Below, one piece after another: positions 30,995 through 41,775 of a stretch of 64,000 nt of DNA. Under the pieces are notes generated by a model. It worked only from the letters and a program-made list of their open reading frames with translations, made no database searches and had not been told where the DNA came from. The DNA lies in the NCBI GenBank assembly GCA_963733195.1, contig CAVTCR010000078.1:8393-72392 (forward strand). The letters are read 5' to 3'. The translations under genes were made by a program, and so were the position numbers. Within the stretch, counting starts at the first letter, position 1, and the number at the start of each line of letters is the position of its first letter. Source of the stretch: an uncultured delta proteobacterium (GTDB lineage Bacteria > Desulfobacterota > Binatia > Bin18).

Positions 30995-31451
30995 CTAGCG
31001 GATAAACAAGATCGGGCAGTAGCCGAACGGGACGAGCGGATCGAACTCAGTGGTTCGTCAACTTAATTCTTGGACAGTTGTGACGCCCGGAAGCCTCTGT
31101 CATTGCGAGCGCAGCGAAGCAATCTTTGCTGAAAAAGCGATTGCTTCGTCGCCGAGCGATAGCGTGCTTGCCGGAATACGGAAAGGATGGCCGTTTCTAC
31201 CTTACATGAACGCAGTGTCTTGGTATCTCGCAATGCATGCGATGGCCAATTCCCTTAAGCAATGATTGCAGAGCATCCTCCGCCACCACCTCTCCACGTC
31301 GCCGAAAGTAAATGTAATAGATCTCCATCAAGTTGAAGATGTGCGCGTAACAGGTGCTCCCCGGTTCGGTCAGCACCTGTTCGACAACGCCAGCCCCTGG
31401 TTCATCATCCAGAAAGGCAATCATAGGGCCAGCATCAAGGACGTAATTCAC
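30995..31451 (-). pseudogene. PIN-domain (VapC-like) toxin, disrupted
   Basis: VNYVLDAGPMIAFLDDEPG N-terminus, SLGD remnant, intact C-terminus EFDPLVPFGYCPILFIR* ending 30995; middle replaced by a palindromic element at 31099-31152. Confidence 0.75.
31099..31152. repeat. GTCATTGCGAG-family palindromic repeat (partial)
   Basis: GTCATTGCGAGCGCAGCGAAGCAATC...GATTGCTTCGTCGC; related fragments near 19007 and 26581-26640. Confidence 0.75.
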
Positions 31452-31757
31452 GCTTTGGCTCACGAGGATGCGGTGTTCTTCTCGTCCCTTATCTATTTGA
31501 CGTTCCCGATGGAGGGCCTCGGTGGCCGAACCTGTAGCTGTGTGGGCAAACTTTCCCCGGATGCTTTTCACCACAGCAACAAGCGCCGGGTCGCGCTCGG
31601 TAGGAGTCTCATCGTTAATAGGAGACTTGAGTGTAATGGCCGGGAGGTACGTTTGCAGGATTTGCTCAGCTACATTCACCGGGTCAACGCCTCGCGCTTG
31701 GGCGAGTGCTCGTAAACGAGCTTCTACTTCTGGTAGTAAGTGTAATGTTAACGTCAT
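31448..31757 (-). CDS. Putative antitoxin upstream of the PIN gene (appears fused to it by an indel)
   Basis: MTLTLHLLPEVEARLRALAQARG RHH-like N-terminus, GGAGGA RBS, GTGA overlap with the PIN start. Confidence 0.65.
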
Positions 31758-32058
31758 GATTATCCTCCGCCTATTCCTTTTGCAATTCGATCTTCGGCAT
31801 TCTCCAATTCGACTTTGACTTCGTCCATAGTGTTTCTTCAACGCCATTTCTTCAGAAAAAGACAATGAGGCAGGAAGAGAAAGAAGCGACCGGAACGGTC
31901 GCGCTCCCAGCACAAAAAGCAAGGGCGCAGCATGCTGCGCCCCTACGATAATTAGGTGGGCGATGCCCACCCTACTTCTACTACTCCAGAGAATTCCCTC
32001 AAAAGCAAGGCGGCAACGTATTCCATGATTAGAGCTCCCTCAGACGCTCGATCTAAGG

Positions 32059-32334
32059 TCAATTGCGGTAAATCTCGCTCCGATGTCCGATCCTATGAAC
32101 TGAGAGAACTCGCCTCGTTTGATCGACCGTATAGAGAATGCGGTAGTCCCCGACTCTGAACTTAAAAATCCCCCGAAGATCTTTCCCAGAAAGTTGCTCT
32201 GGGGCAATGGAATCGAAGTTTTCCACAAGCCATTTCAGTCGGTTAAGAAGCCTCTGTGCTACGCTCCGATCCAAATTTTGCAGGTCTTGTTCAGCGTCAG
32301 GCCGGAACTCAAGAGCATATCCTTTCCCTACCAT
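32059..32334 (-). CDS. relE: Type II TA toxin, RelE/ParE family
   Basis: A..DL..LD, L.G.....G.FKFRVGDYRILY, RIGHRSEIYR. Confidence 0.92.
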   Translation of the reverse strand: MVGKGYALEFRPDAEQDLQNLDRSVAQRLLNRLKWLVENFDSIAPEQLSGKDLRGIFKFRVGDYRILYTVDQTRRVLSVHRIGHRSEIYRN

Positions 32335-32546
32335 TGCAGTCCCAGTCTTCGCACAACCTCTTCAACTGGAATTCCCTTTTCTCCACGCCGCTCAGCTGCG
32401 ATACTTTGCCTCAGCCTTTTTTTCACTTCTTCGCGCAAACGCTTCCCTCGGTCAGGGTCAACCGTCAGCTCCATCAGTTTATCCTCAACGACTTCTCTGA
32501 TAACCTCTTTGAATTCTTCAACTGTCAAAGCTGAAACTTTTCTCAT
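32328..32546 (-). CDS. Cognate antitoxin of RelE
   Basis: KV..LTVEEFKEVIREVVE...DPD.G..LR pattern, overlaps relE start. Confidence 0.8.
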   Translation of the reverse strand: MRKVSALTVEEFKEVIREVVEDKLMELTVDPDRGKRLREEVKKRLRQSIAAERRGEKGIPVEEVVRRLGLQW

Positions 32547-32590
32547 AACGAGCGTCCTCTCTCATCCCCTTTCTTCAACGCCATTCCTCC

Positions 32591-32629
32591 ACAAAAAGCA
32601 AGGGCGCAGCATGTGCCACGCCCTTGCTA
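32591..32629 (-). terminator. Intrinsic terminator of the DUF1302-like gene
   Basis: Minus strand AGCAAGGGCG...CGCCCTTGCT followed by TTTTGT. Confidence 0.7.
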
Positions 32630-32635
32630 CCTATC

Positions 32636-32682
32636 CTACTGACTACTGAATGCTGACTACTGACTCCTGACTACTGACTACT
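32636..32682. repeat. 7-mer tandem repeat (CTACTGA)n
   Basis: ctactga ctactga atgctga ctactga ctcctga ctactga ctact. Confidence 0.8.
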
Positions 32683-32693
32683 TTCCCCAGCCC

Positions 32694-34903
32694 CTAGTAC
32701 AACTGATACTGCAACTCGACCCAGACGTTATCCTTACGATTGAGAACACCCAAGCCCACCATTGCCACGGCCATCAATCACGTTGTAGCGAATGCTCACC
32801 GCAAACGGGTCCCAGAACTTCCAGTCCACCCGGGCTGAATCAGCCAGTTCCCATGCCAGTCGTAGAAGAAGGTGAAACTCGGTCGCAGATTCCCGCCCAT
32901 GTACGGCGTGTTCACGTTGAACGTCGTCAACCAATCCCGACTCGGCGCCTTCCACAATGAACACCCCGTCCGGTTTCCCGTGCTCGGCTCGCAACGTGCC
33001 GCTACCGCCGCATTGGTCACCGGCTTCTGGAAGCTACGATTCCGACCCGCGATCTCATCCCGGTCGTTAAACACCCCGAACGGTGCGTTAGCGATCATTG
33101 AAATTCGTCTTCTGCGAATTGCGTCGGGTGTAGAAAATCTGCGCCGAGAAGGAAAAGGAGTTGGCCGGATTGATCCAGCGAAGCCATTGGTTGTGATCTA
33201 ACCCAATCACGAACAAGAACCAGTCCCGTTTCGCGTATCCAACTTTCCGTTTCGTGACCTGATTGGCCAGCGCGCCACCAGGGGCAAAGGCCCCACCGTT
33301 ACTGCCCAGTGCCCCCCCCAGGAACCGATCAAAGGCCGTCGTCCCGTCACGATGCGCATAAGCCAAGTTCGTCGGTACATCCTTGAAGTACGCCACCTCA
33401 CCGCGGAAGGTGGTGTATAAGTAGTACAGCGGGTTGTCGGAACCGACAAACATCCCAGTCAACGCGTTGACTGGAAACGACAGCGAGGCTCCAGACACCT
33501 GAATCCGTCTCGAATTCCACCGTCGAGCGAATGTTGCGCTCCACACCTGCAATCGTGGCAGTGCCCCCTCGCCCGGTCGGGTTGGCCCCAGACGAGATCA
33601 TTCGGTCCGAGATCGGATCATCCAGCCCCCATGGATTCCCCTCGGGCCACGGTCGTCCCTGCGAGTCCGTCGCTAACCCTAAATCCCACCGCAAGTGGTC
33701 TCTGGTCGGTGAGATGATCGACCGCCCGCACCTGGGGTGCATCTTGATAGGTGTAGTAGTGGGCCAGAGAGAAGGTAAAGTCCTAATCGTCCCGACAATG
33801 CGACCACCACCGCGTCCATCCTTCAGGTTCGAGTGTGGAACAGAGGCACGTTCAGAGCAATTCCCACCCTCGCGTGGCCCTGCCCCGGACCCGGCATACG
33901 GCATCAACGGGTCTTCATTGTACGCTGGTATCCCTCGCCGCGCCATGTAGTCCCCACCACACGGCGTGCGCCCGACCATAATCGCCGTGTTGCCGTTCTG
34001 GATACTGCCCCAGTAGTTCGTCGAACTGGTCGGTAACCCTGTGGTGGGGATTTCGTTATCGATCGAATAGAACCCCTCCAGCGTCAGGTCATTGATCGGC
34101 CCGACCGTGCCAAAACTCCACTGCGCCCGCAGCATGTTGAGCGGAACCCGCCGCTCATCTAACCCACGTCAGAAACCCGGCAAAAGTGTTGTCCAGGGGG
34201 TTGATCTGGTCAAGCAGCCGAAACCCGTCCGATTCACCCCACGACAGGTTCTGCCTCCCAATGCGGATAAAGAGCGGTCCTTTGGTAATATTGAAGTACC
34301 ACTCAAACAAGCGAATGTTAGGACCGCGCAGCTCCCGCAGATGGCGACGGTTGGTAGAGCGAGATCACATCGGCCGGATCATCGGATGCCTTGCGTCCCG
34401 CAGGCCAAGGATGGCGCGTGACAGCTGCCGAAAATGGCGTGAAGTAGAGCCCATCATATGGGTCGCCGTTCTGCGATCATCAAAGTAGGGGGCTTTGAGG
34501 CGTGTCCCCTTCATCATCTTCTTCATCGCATTGGGGCCGTAGTCCCACACCCCGTCATACTCGTCGCGCATGTTGAGGTAGTAGTCGAAGGAGTCGAAAT
34601 TGAGAAACTCAAACACCGGGCCAATCGTCGGGAACCCGCGCGCGAGGCGGCTGATGTTATGGCGCCATTCTAAGGTGAGAAAGTTCCGGTGCTGGACCAA
34701 ATTGCCGGTCTTGGTAGAGCTGTCGGCCCGCTGCCATGCTGTCACTCGACAGGGCGATGGTCCCCCGCGTAATAGGCAAAGCCCGATAGACTCATCTCCC
34801 GTCGATCATCAAAGAAATACCCCCACGCCGCACTTGTTGGCAGAAACCAGACCGCAAGCACGACAGACAGCCACCAACCCATGTGTTGTCTTTGTCCCCT
34901 CAT
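32694..34903 (-). CDS. DUF1302-like outer-membrane beta-barrel protein (heavily frameshifted)
   Basis: AAGGAGG RBS, signal peptide (WWLSVVLAVWFLPTSAAWG), EYDGVWDYGP motif, F.RIGRQNLSWGE.D.FRLLD.INP pattern across frames, C-terminal DNVWVELQYQLY beta-signal; context with RND and YCF48. Confidence 0.65.
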
Positions 34904-35096
34904 GACAAACCCTCCTTAATCTTTGTGTAGACCCCTTCCGTTCGCCTTTGCCCTACGCACGGAGAAGAGCAGCCCCTACTCTACAGGTTCACATATATCG
35001 GTTCTTATTTTTTTGTCAAATTTTTTTAACATTACGTAAAAAAACTTTCTCATTACAGCTTATAAATGGGCCGCCTAGATGGGTGGCCCAGCAAAA

Positions 35097-37593
35097 CTAC
35101 GCCCGCAACTCCATGCCGATATTCCGGCGCGTGGCCCACAGATGCTCGCCAACAGCGACAACGAGCGCCAAGACACCTAAGGTGAGCAACTCAGCATACC
35201 CAGTGTAGTAGAGAATGAGGGCGGGAACGAAGGTCACTAGCAGGACGACTATCATTGCCTTATTCGGCAAGGGGAAACGCGGCTGCAGGAGGGATACTAT
35301 ACCCGGAATAAATGCCAGCGCTCCCACAATATGAAAAAAGAGCAGCATCGTGAGCAGGATCGCCATCTCGGCCTGGAATTTCATCGGGAAAGAAGATCCA
35401 GAAGAGCACACTCATAGTGAGGGTTGTGCCGGTGAACATGATCGCCTTGCCCGTGGTCATCAGCGCTTCCTCAATCGCCCGGTCATAGTCATGAAAACGC
35501 TCGAACTCCTCAATAATACGCGAGAGTACGTAGTAGCCGTAATCGACGCCAATACCGATTCCCACAGCCGCCACCGGCAGGGAGTTGATGTTGGCATCGA
35601 TCCCCATCCAGTACATGACTGCTTCGGAGAGCGGCTGGGACACGATCGAAGGGATCATGACGATCAATGCCCCCACCACCGAGGCGTAGGTCAATACGCT
35701 GAGGACAAACACCGAGACCATCACCAGGATCAAGTTCCACTTGTACGACCACTCTACTTCCTCGTTCACCGCCGCGAGGATGCCGAGCAGTCCGCCCGCC
35801 AGACGAAACTGGATATTCTCCACCGGGTTCTCATCAATGAACTGCCGCGCCCTGTCGATTGAGCCTACCACGGTCTCGTGGTTGTAGTCCTTGTAGAAAA
35901 TGGTGATGGTGGCGTTCTGCGAGTTCTTATCGAGAAAACGGTCAAGGTCGTCAGACCCCAAGGTATTGAGGAATTGGTAGAAGATGTTGCCGATGTCACG
36001 CGGGTTATCGGGAAGAATCGCCCACTTGGGGATGCCCTCTTGGAACATCTGATAGAGGCGACGGGCCATAGTCGTAATCGTGATACTGCCTCCCACCAGT
36101 GGCTGCTGCTCCATAAAGCGCTGAAATTTCTCGAGGGTCATCAGGACTTGGGGGTCTTTGATGACCCCGATGTCCTTCCCTTCCGCAAGAATCACGAGCT
36201 GTGAAGCGCCGACAAACTTCTCGTTCACCTTGTCATACGAAACATTGTAGTCGTGGGAATTGTACAGCAGGGCCTTGCCGATCGAGACGTCGCCGATCTT
36301 GAGGTAACTCGAGTACGTCATGCCAAGGACCATAAACACCGCAAAGATACCGATCATCGCATAGCGATACCCGCCTTCACTGATCCTAATCATGGCACGG
36401 TTGATAGTGTTGTAGATGCGATCGGAAAAGCGTAACCCGGCCTTAGGGTCATCCCGTGGCGGTGGAAGAAAGGAGAGGACAATCGGATGCAAGGTGACCA
36501 CACTGATGGCAATGGTAGAGACCCAAAAACAGGTGACATAGGCAATCTTCTGAATGACCGGGATCCGCGCGACGGCCAGGGTCAGAATGGCAAACGCATC
36601 GGTGGCGATCGCCACCAGGGCCGGGCTAAACAGGCCCACGTAGGAGGCCATAATCGCGTCGCGCTGGTTCCCCAGGCGGTGGTATTCCTCGTGGTAACGC
36701 TCCATTGACTGCACCGAGTGGGACAGTGCGCGGGCCGTAATCAGGACAAAGATCACGAGCACTAGCGGGTCGAGGTTAAACCCGAAGTAGCCGGCGAACC
36801 CCAGGGCCCACCACGAACTCAACAGTCCAGAGCCAAGGGGCACAAAGACCCCCACGGCTGTCCTGAAGTAAAACCACAATAGGAGAATAATGACCAAGAT
36901 AGAGACGCCAATAACCGCGAAAATATAGTTCTTATAGTTAAAGATCCACGAGTAGAGCATTGGGAACCCGGCGACATAGACCTGGTGGTTCCCGTCCTTC
37001 TCGACCTCTTGGCGAATTCGCGTCATGCGATCATACAGGTTACGGAAATCCACTCCTTCTTCCCAGAAACCGGCGGTGATGAGCGCCGCAGTGTTGTCGC
37101 GTGAGACATAAAAGCCGTGCACCCCTTCGTTGGTGTAGACAGCATTCTTGATTTGCTTGACATCGTCCATTGTTTTGGGCGGTCCAGGATACATGATGGG
37201 ATAGGCCGTGATCATCGCCCCGGTGATGCGGATATTTTTCATCTTGGGGTGAGTGAGCGAGAGGAGTTGGTAGGGATTCACGCCCGCGGTTTCCAGCACT
37301 TGGCGCGTGGCCCAATCCAGTTTATTGATCGTTTCAACGTTAAAAATATCTCCCTGTTTCTTCTCAATGGCCATGACCAGCACGTTCGCCGTGCCGAACA
37401 TACGCCGATATTGCTGGTAGAGCTGGATATAGGGGTGATCAGGAGGGTAGAGATCGAAGAAGTTGGTGTAGACTCGCATCTTCCATGACTGCCAGCCGAG
37501 AAAGATGGTCATGAGGGTGAGCACAGCGAGGATCGACCAGCGGAAGTTAAGCAAAAATCTGAGATAGGCCTCCATTGCCCAACGAGGAAGCAT
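35097..37593 (-). CDS. RND/MMPL (HAE3-type) transporter, paralog 2; one frameshift near 35390
   Basis: Two repeats of periplasmic domain plus TMs; ARALSHSVQ (TM4), GIGVDYG (TM10), TTGKAI. Confidence 0.88.
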
Positions 37594-37646
37594 AGCTATA
37601 ACCTTTCTTCTTTGTGTTCGTGCGCACAGCGCACGTCACTGGGCTG

Positions 37647-37787
37647 ATGGCTCGCTCGTTTCACTCGCTCTATAACGGATGGCTCGTTCGCTGCGCTCAC
37701 TCTATGGCAAGAAAGCTCTTCCATAGCCATAAAGCGAGCGTAGTGAGCGTGCTATCTGCTATAAAGCGACCGAAGGGAGCGGGCCAT
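37647..37787. repeat. ~140-bp nested imperfect palindrome between the RND paralogs
   Basis: ATGGCTCGCTC (37647) pairs with GAGCGGGCCAT (37787); inner TATGGC/GCCATA arms. Confidence 0.7.
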
Positions 37788-37803
37788 GAGCCTCTCTGCC
37801 GCC

Positions 37804-40325
37804 TCAGACTCGCAACTCCATGCCGATATTGTGGCGCGTCGCGTACCAATGCTCACCGATAGCCACGATCACCGCCAAAATCCCAAGCGTCCCAAGGTCT
37901 GCATAATCAAAGTAATAGAGCACCCCAGCGGGGATGAAGATTGCCAGCAGGAGAATCATCATGATCTTATTCGGCAATGGGAAACGCGGCTTCAACAAGG
38001 ACACCATCCCAGGAATGAAGGCGAGTGCCCCAACCACATGAAAGAACAACAAGAGTGTCAACAGGATGGCCATTTCCGATTGAAACTTCATCGGAAAGAA
38101 GACCCAGAAGATCACGCTGACGGTCAGTGTTGTCCCAGTAAACATAATCGCCCGCCCAGTGGTCATCAGCGCTTCTTCGATCGCCCGCTCATGGTCGCCG
38201 AACCGCTGGAATTCTTCCACGATGCGAGAGAGCACATAGTAGCCATAGTCGATGCCGATGCCGATCCCGACCGCAGCAACCGGCAACGAGTTAATGTTGG
38301 CATCGATTCCCATCCAATACATAGATGCTTCAGACAGTGGCTGGGCGACAATCGATGGAATCATCACAATCAGCGCGCCCACCACAGACGCATAGGTCAG
38401 CATGCTGAGAATAAAGACTGTCACCATCACCAGGATCAGATTCCACTTATAGGACCACTCGACTTCCTCATTCACCGCCGCCAGAATCCCCAGCAAGCCG
38501 CCAGCCAGGCGGAATGCGATGTTCTCGGTCGGATTTTGCGTCGATAAACTGCTGCGCGTTCGCGATTGATCCCACCACAGTTTCGTGGTTGTAGTCTTTG
38601 TAGAAGACGGTAATGGTGGCGTTCTGCGAGTTCTTGTCGAGAAAGAGATCAAGGTCATCCGCGCCCACGGTATTGAGAAATTGATAGAAAATATTTCCCA
38701 CATCGCGTGGGTTATCAGGAATAATGCCCCATTTGGGAATGCCTTCTTGGAACATTTGATAGAGGCGGCGCGCCATCGTGGTGATGGTGATACTGCCACC
38801 GACGAGCTCCTGTTGTTCCATGTGGCGTTGGAACTTCTCCAGGGTTTGCAGAATCTGCGGATCTTTGATGACGCCCGGCTTCTTTTCCTTCGGCGAGAAT
38901 CACGAGTTGCGAGGCACCAACGAATTTTTCGTTGATCTTGTCGTAGGCAACGTTATAGGCGTGATCGTCGTACATGAGCGCTTTGCCGATCGAGACATCG
39001 CCGATCTTGAGGTCAGTGCGAATAGACCATGCCAATCGCCAGCGCAACCGTAAAACTCCCAAGCACATAGTAACGGGCATTGCCCTGGCTAATGCTGACC
39101 ATCATGCGATTGATGGCGTTGTACAGCTTGTCCGAGAAGCGCGTCCCAGCTTTTGGATCATGCGGAGGCGGGGGAATGTAATAGAGGATAATTGGATGCA
39201 GCGTGACTACGCTGATAAAAATTGTAAAGACCCAGAAACTCGACACATAGGCAAGTTTCTGAATCAGCGGGATGTGGGCAAGCGCGAGCGTCAAGATCGC
39301 AAAGCCATCTGCCAAAATTGAGACGATCGCTGGACTAAACAGGCTGAGGTAGGAAGCCATGATCGCGTCCATCTTGTTCGCTTTGTCGCCTTGCTCACGT
39401 TCCAGTCGGTGATACTCCTCGTGGTAGCGTTCCATCGACTGAACAGAATGTGACAGAGCGCGGGCGGTAATCAGGACTAACACCACGAGTACCAGCGGGT
39501 CGAGGTTGAAACCGTAGTAGCCCGCCAGTCCCAACGCCAGCATGCGCGCTGAGCAAACCAGAGAACAGCGGCACCCACACGCCGGTGAAGGTGCGGAAGT
39601 AGAACCAGAGCATGGCGACGATAATCAAAACCGTCACACCGATGACCGCCAGGATGTAGTTCTTGTAGCTAAAGATCCACGAGTACAGCATCGGAAAACC
39701 GGCAGATATACGCAGTATGGTTGCCATCCGATTCAATCTCTGCTTTTAGCGCATTCAGGCGATTGTAGAGATTACGGAAATCCACCCCCTCTTCCCAGAA
39801 GCCGGCGGAAATTAAGGCAGCCGTATTATCTCGTGCGACAAAAAAGCCGTGTACCCCTTCATTGGTGTACACCGCTTTCTTAATCGGCTTGACATCATCC
39901 GGCGTTTTTGGTGGAGCCGGGTACATGATAGGATAGGCGGTGATCATCGCGCCCGTAATACGGATGTTTTTCATCTTGGGATGGGTGAGTGACCGCACCT
40001 GGTAGGGATTCACTCCTGAAGTTTCCATCACCTGGATAGTGGCCTTATTGACTTTGTTGATCGTGTCAACGTTAAAGATGTCGCCATCCTTGCGTTCGAT
40101 CATGATCATCAAGACGTTGGCGGTACCAAACATCTTGCGATATTGCTGATAGAGCTGAATGTAGGGATGTCCAGGCGGGTAGAGATCGAAGAAGTTGGTG
40201 TAGACTTGCATGTTTTTAAGGTGCCACCCTAAGAACAAAGTAATGGCTGCCACAACAACGAGGACCGAGACACGAAATTTGATCAAGAAGTTAATGTATG
40301 CTTCCATCCAATGGCGAGGCAGCAT
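37804..40325 (-). CDS. RND/MMPL (HAE3-type) transporter, paralog 1; ~5 frameshifts
   Basis: ORFs 39669-40325, 39395-39736, 39013-39543, 38715-39080, 38468-38821 and 37804-38799 align colinearly with paralog 2; GGAGGG RBS. Confidence 0.85.
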
Positions 40326-40430
40326 GAGCTATCCCTCCTTAAACTATGTGAAACTTCAACAGGGGGCGTGTCGTCCAGAAAAGGCGGTGGTCTGATCGCC
40401 TTAAGTTAACGACTTCCTCGGTCGCTCGCA

Positions 40431-40562
40431 CCCTTCGACTTCGCTTCGCGTAGTTTATCCTGAGCTTTGTCGAAGGGCTCAGGGCGAGCGGCGTGATGGG
40501 AAAATCGTAGAAAAAGTTCCGCTCATGCTGAGCGTAGCCGTGTAAGCGGCGAAGTCGAAGCA
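40431..40562. repeat. CCCTTCGAC...CTGAGC...GTCGAAG family intergenic palindromic element
   Basis: CCCTTCGACTTCGCT...GCTCAGGGCGAGCGG and CCGCTCATGCTGAGC...GAAGTCGAAG arms; related copy 58273-58315. Confidence 0.7.
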
Positions 40563-40574
40563 CAGGTTGAATCC

Positions 40575-41575
40575 TTACTGTCGTTTGAAGCGCGTAGAGA
40601 AGTCTACTTTTGTCCCCTCGGCAAAGAGCGTCAAACCGTTTGATCCAGTGATCAAGCCATGTGAGCCCTGTATGACGGACAATCCCATGAGCCAGTACAA
40701 CGACAGTTCTTCTGGAGCGTCTAGCAGGCTCCAATTCTTGCCAGCATCTGTTGAGGTAAGAATCACCCCTTCATCACCTACCGCAAGCCCAGTGTCCCCA
40801 TCAAGCGCGACATTATAGAGCGCGGTCTGCACCGGGCTTTCGTACGCTTTCCAGGTTTTCCCTGCATCCTCACTTTGCAGGATCGTTCCATCCATACCAA
40901 CCGCACAACCGAAAGCCCCATCCTTAAAACTTAAACCTAAGAGCGTGGCCTCAGTCCCGGTTGGTTTGCTTCGTCCAAGCTTGCGCCACCATCCTCGCTG
41001 AGCAAGAGCGTTCCCCGCTCGCCAGCAATCCAGGCTTTTCCTGAATCGTGCATGACTACAGCATACAGAAAAACATCTTCTTTCTGTTCTGGTTTATCTT
41101 TAAATGGGTCATTCCAAGTTTTTCCCCCGTCTGTCGTCTGAATGACCGTACCAAAGTCCCCAGCCGCAATTCCCCGTTGATTGTCAAGAAATGTCAGATT
41201 GAACAAGTGATGGGGCGTTCCGCTGACTTGCTTCTCCCACGTTTTTCCTCCATCAGTCGTGTGAAGAATTAGCCCAGATTTCCCGGACACCCACCCTTCC
41301 GTCGGACTGACGAAACGCACTCCGTAGAGCGGCTCGAACACCTTGCTATCTTGCTTCTCCCACGTTTTTCCGCGGTCTTTGGTGTGGTAAATCGCCCCAA
41401 AGCTTCCTACGGTCCATCCTTCATCAGCAGAAATGAGATGCGTGGCATAGAAGTGATCGCGAATTCGCATTTGTTCTTGTGCGACGGCCTCTCCTCTGTA
41501 CCCTGCGAAGATCCCCACAATGCCGATGAAGATCATTACCCAGTGGCGCGAGGGGAAGAAATTGCTGCCTATCAT
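40575..41575 (-). CDS. YCF48/BNR-repeat beta-propeller protein (frameshift near 40940-40980)
   Basis: Repeated T.DGGKTW Asp-box motifs, signal peptide; continues in ORF 40575-40895. Confidence 0.87.
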
Positions 41576-41775
41576 GATCAGTCTCCCTCCTTAAAAGATG
41601 CATGTAGACTCGTGCGGCTGGAAAAGCGTGCCCATGTCTTAGACCAGGAGATAAAGACTTGTCAACAACGACCCTCTCCTCACGAAGAGAAGATGCCCTG
41701 CCTCAAAGGGTATTTTGCGCGGCACAGTGAATCCCTCGCTCCTGGAAAAACTCGATGCTATAAGGACATCGCCCA

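Larger units (their letters stand above)
30954..32629. repeat. Direct repeat ACAAAAAGCAAGGG (three full copies, one partial), each full copy fused to a hairpin
   Basis: Copies at 30954-30967, 31912-31925, 32591-32604; the latter two share 24 bp CACAAAAAGCAAGGGCGCAGCATG; partial copy 32000-32010. Confidence 0.85.

Noticed and set aside
31197-31970. 257-aa antitoxin-PIN fusion protein
   Set aside because: The N-terminus is translated REP sequence and the fusion is best explained by an indel at a GTGA stop/start overlap.
30954-32682. CRISPR array
   Set aside because: Repeats are separated by 0.7-1 kb gene-bearing segments or are contiguous 7-mers; no regular spacers and no cas genes.
29374-32682. 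Invertible or transposable segment bounded by the inverted 23-mer
   Set aside because: It would split the ABC operon, no recombinase is present, and a third copy at 3957 shows a dispersed family.
35097-40325. Assembly-artefact duplication of one RND gene
   Set aside because: The two copies differ at many synonymous and non-synonymous positions and by an in-frame indel.
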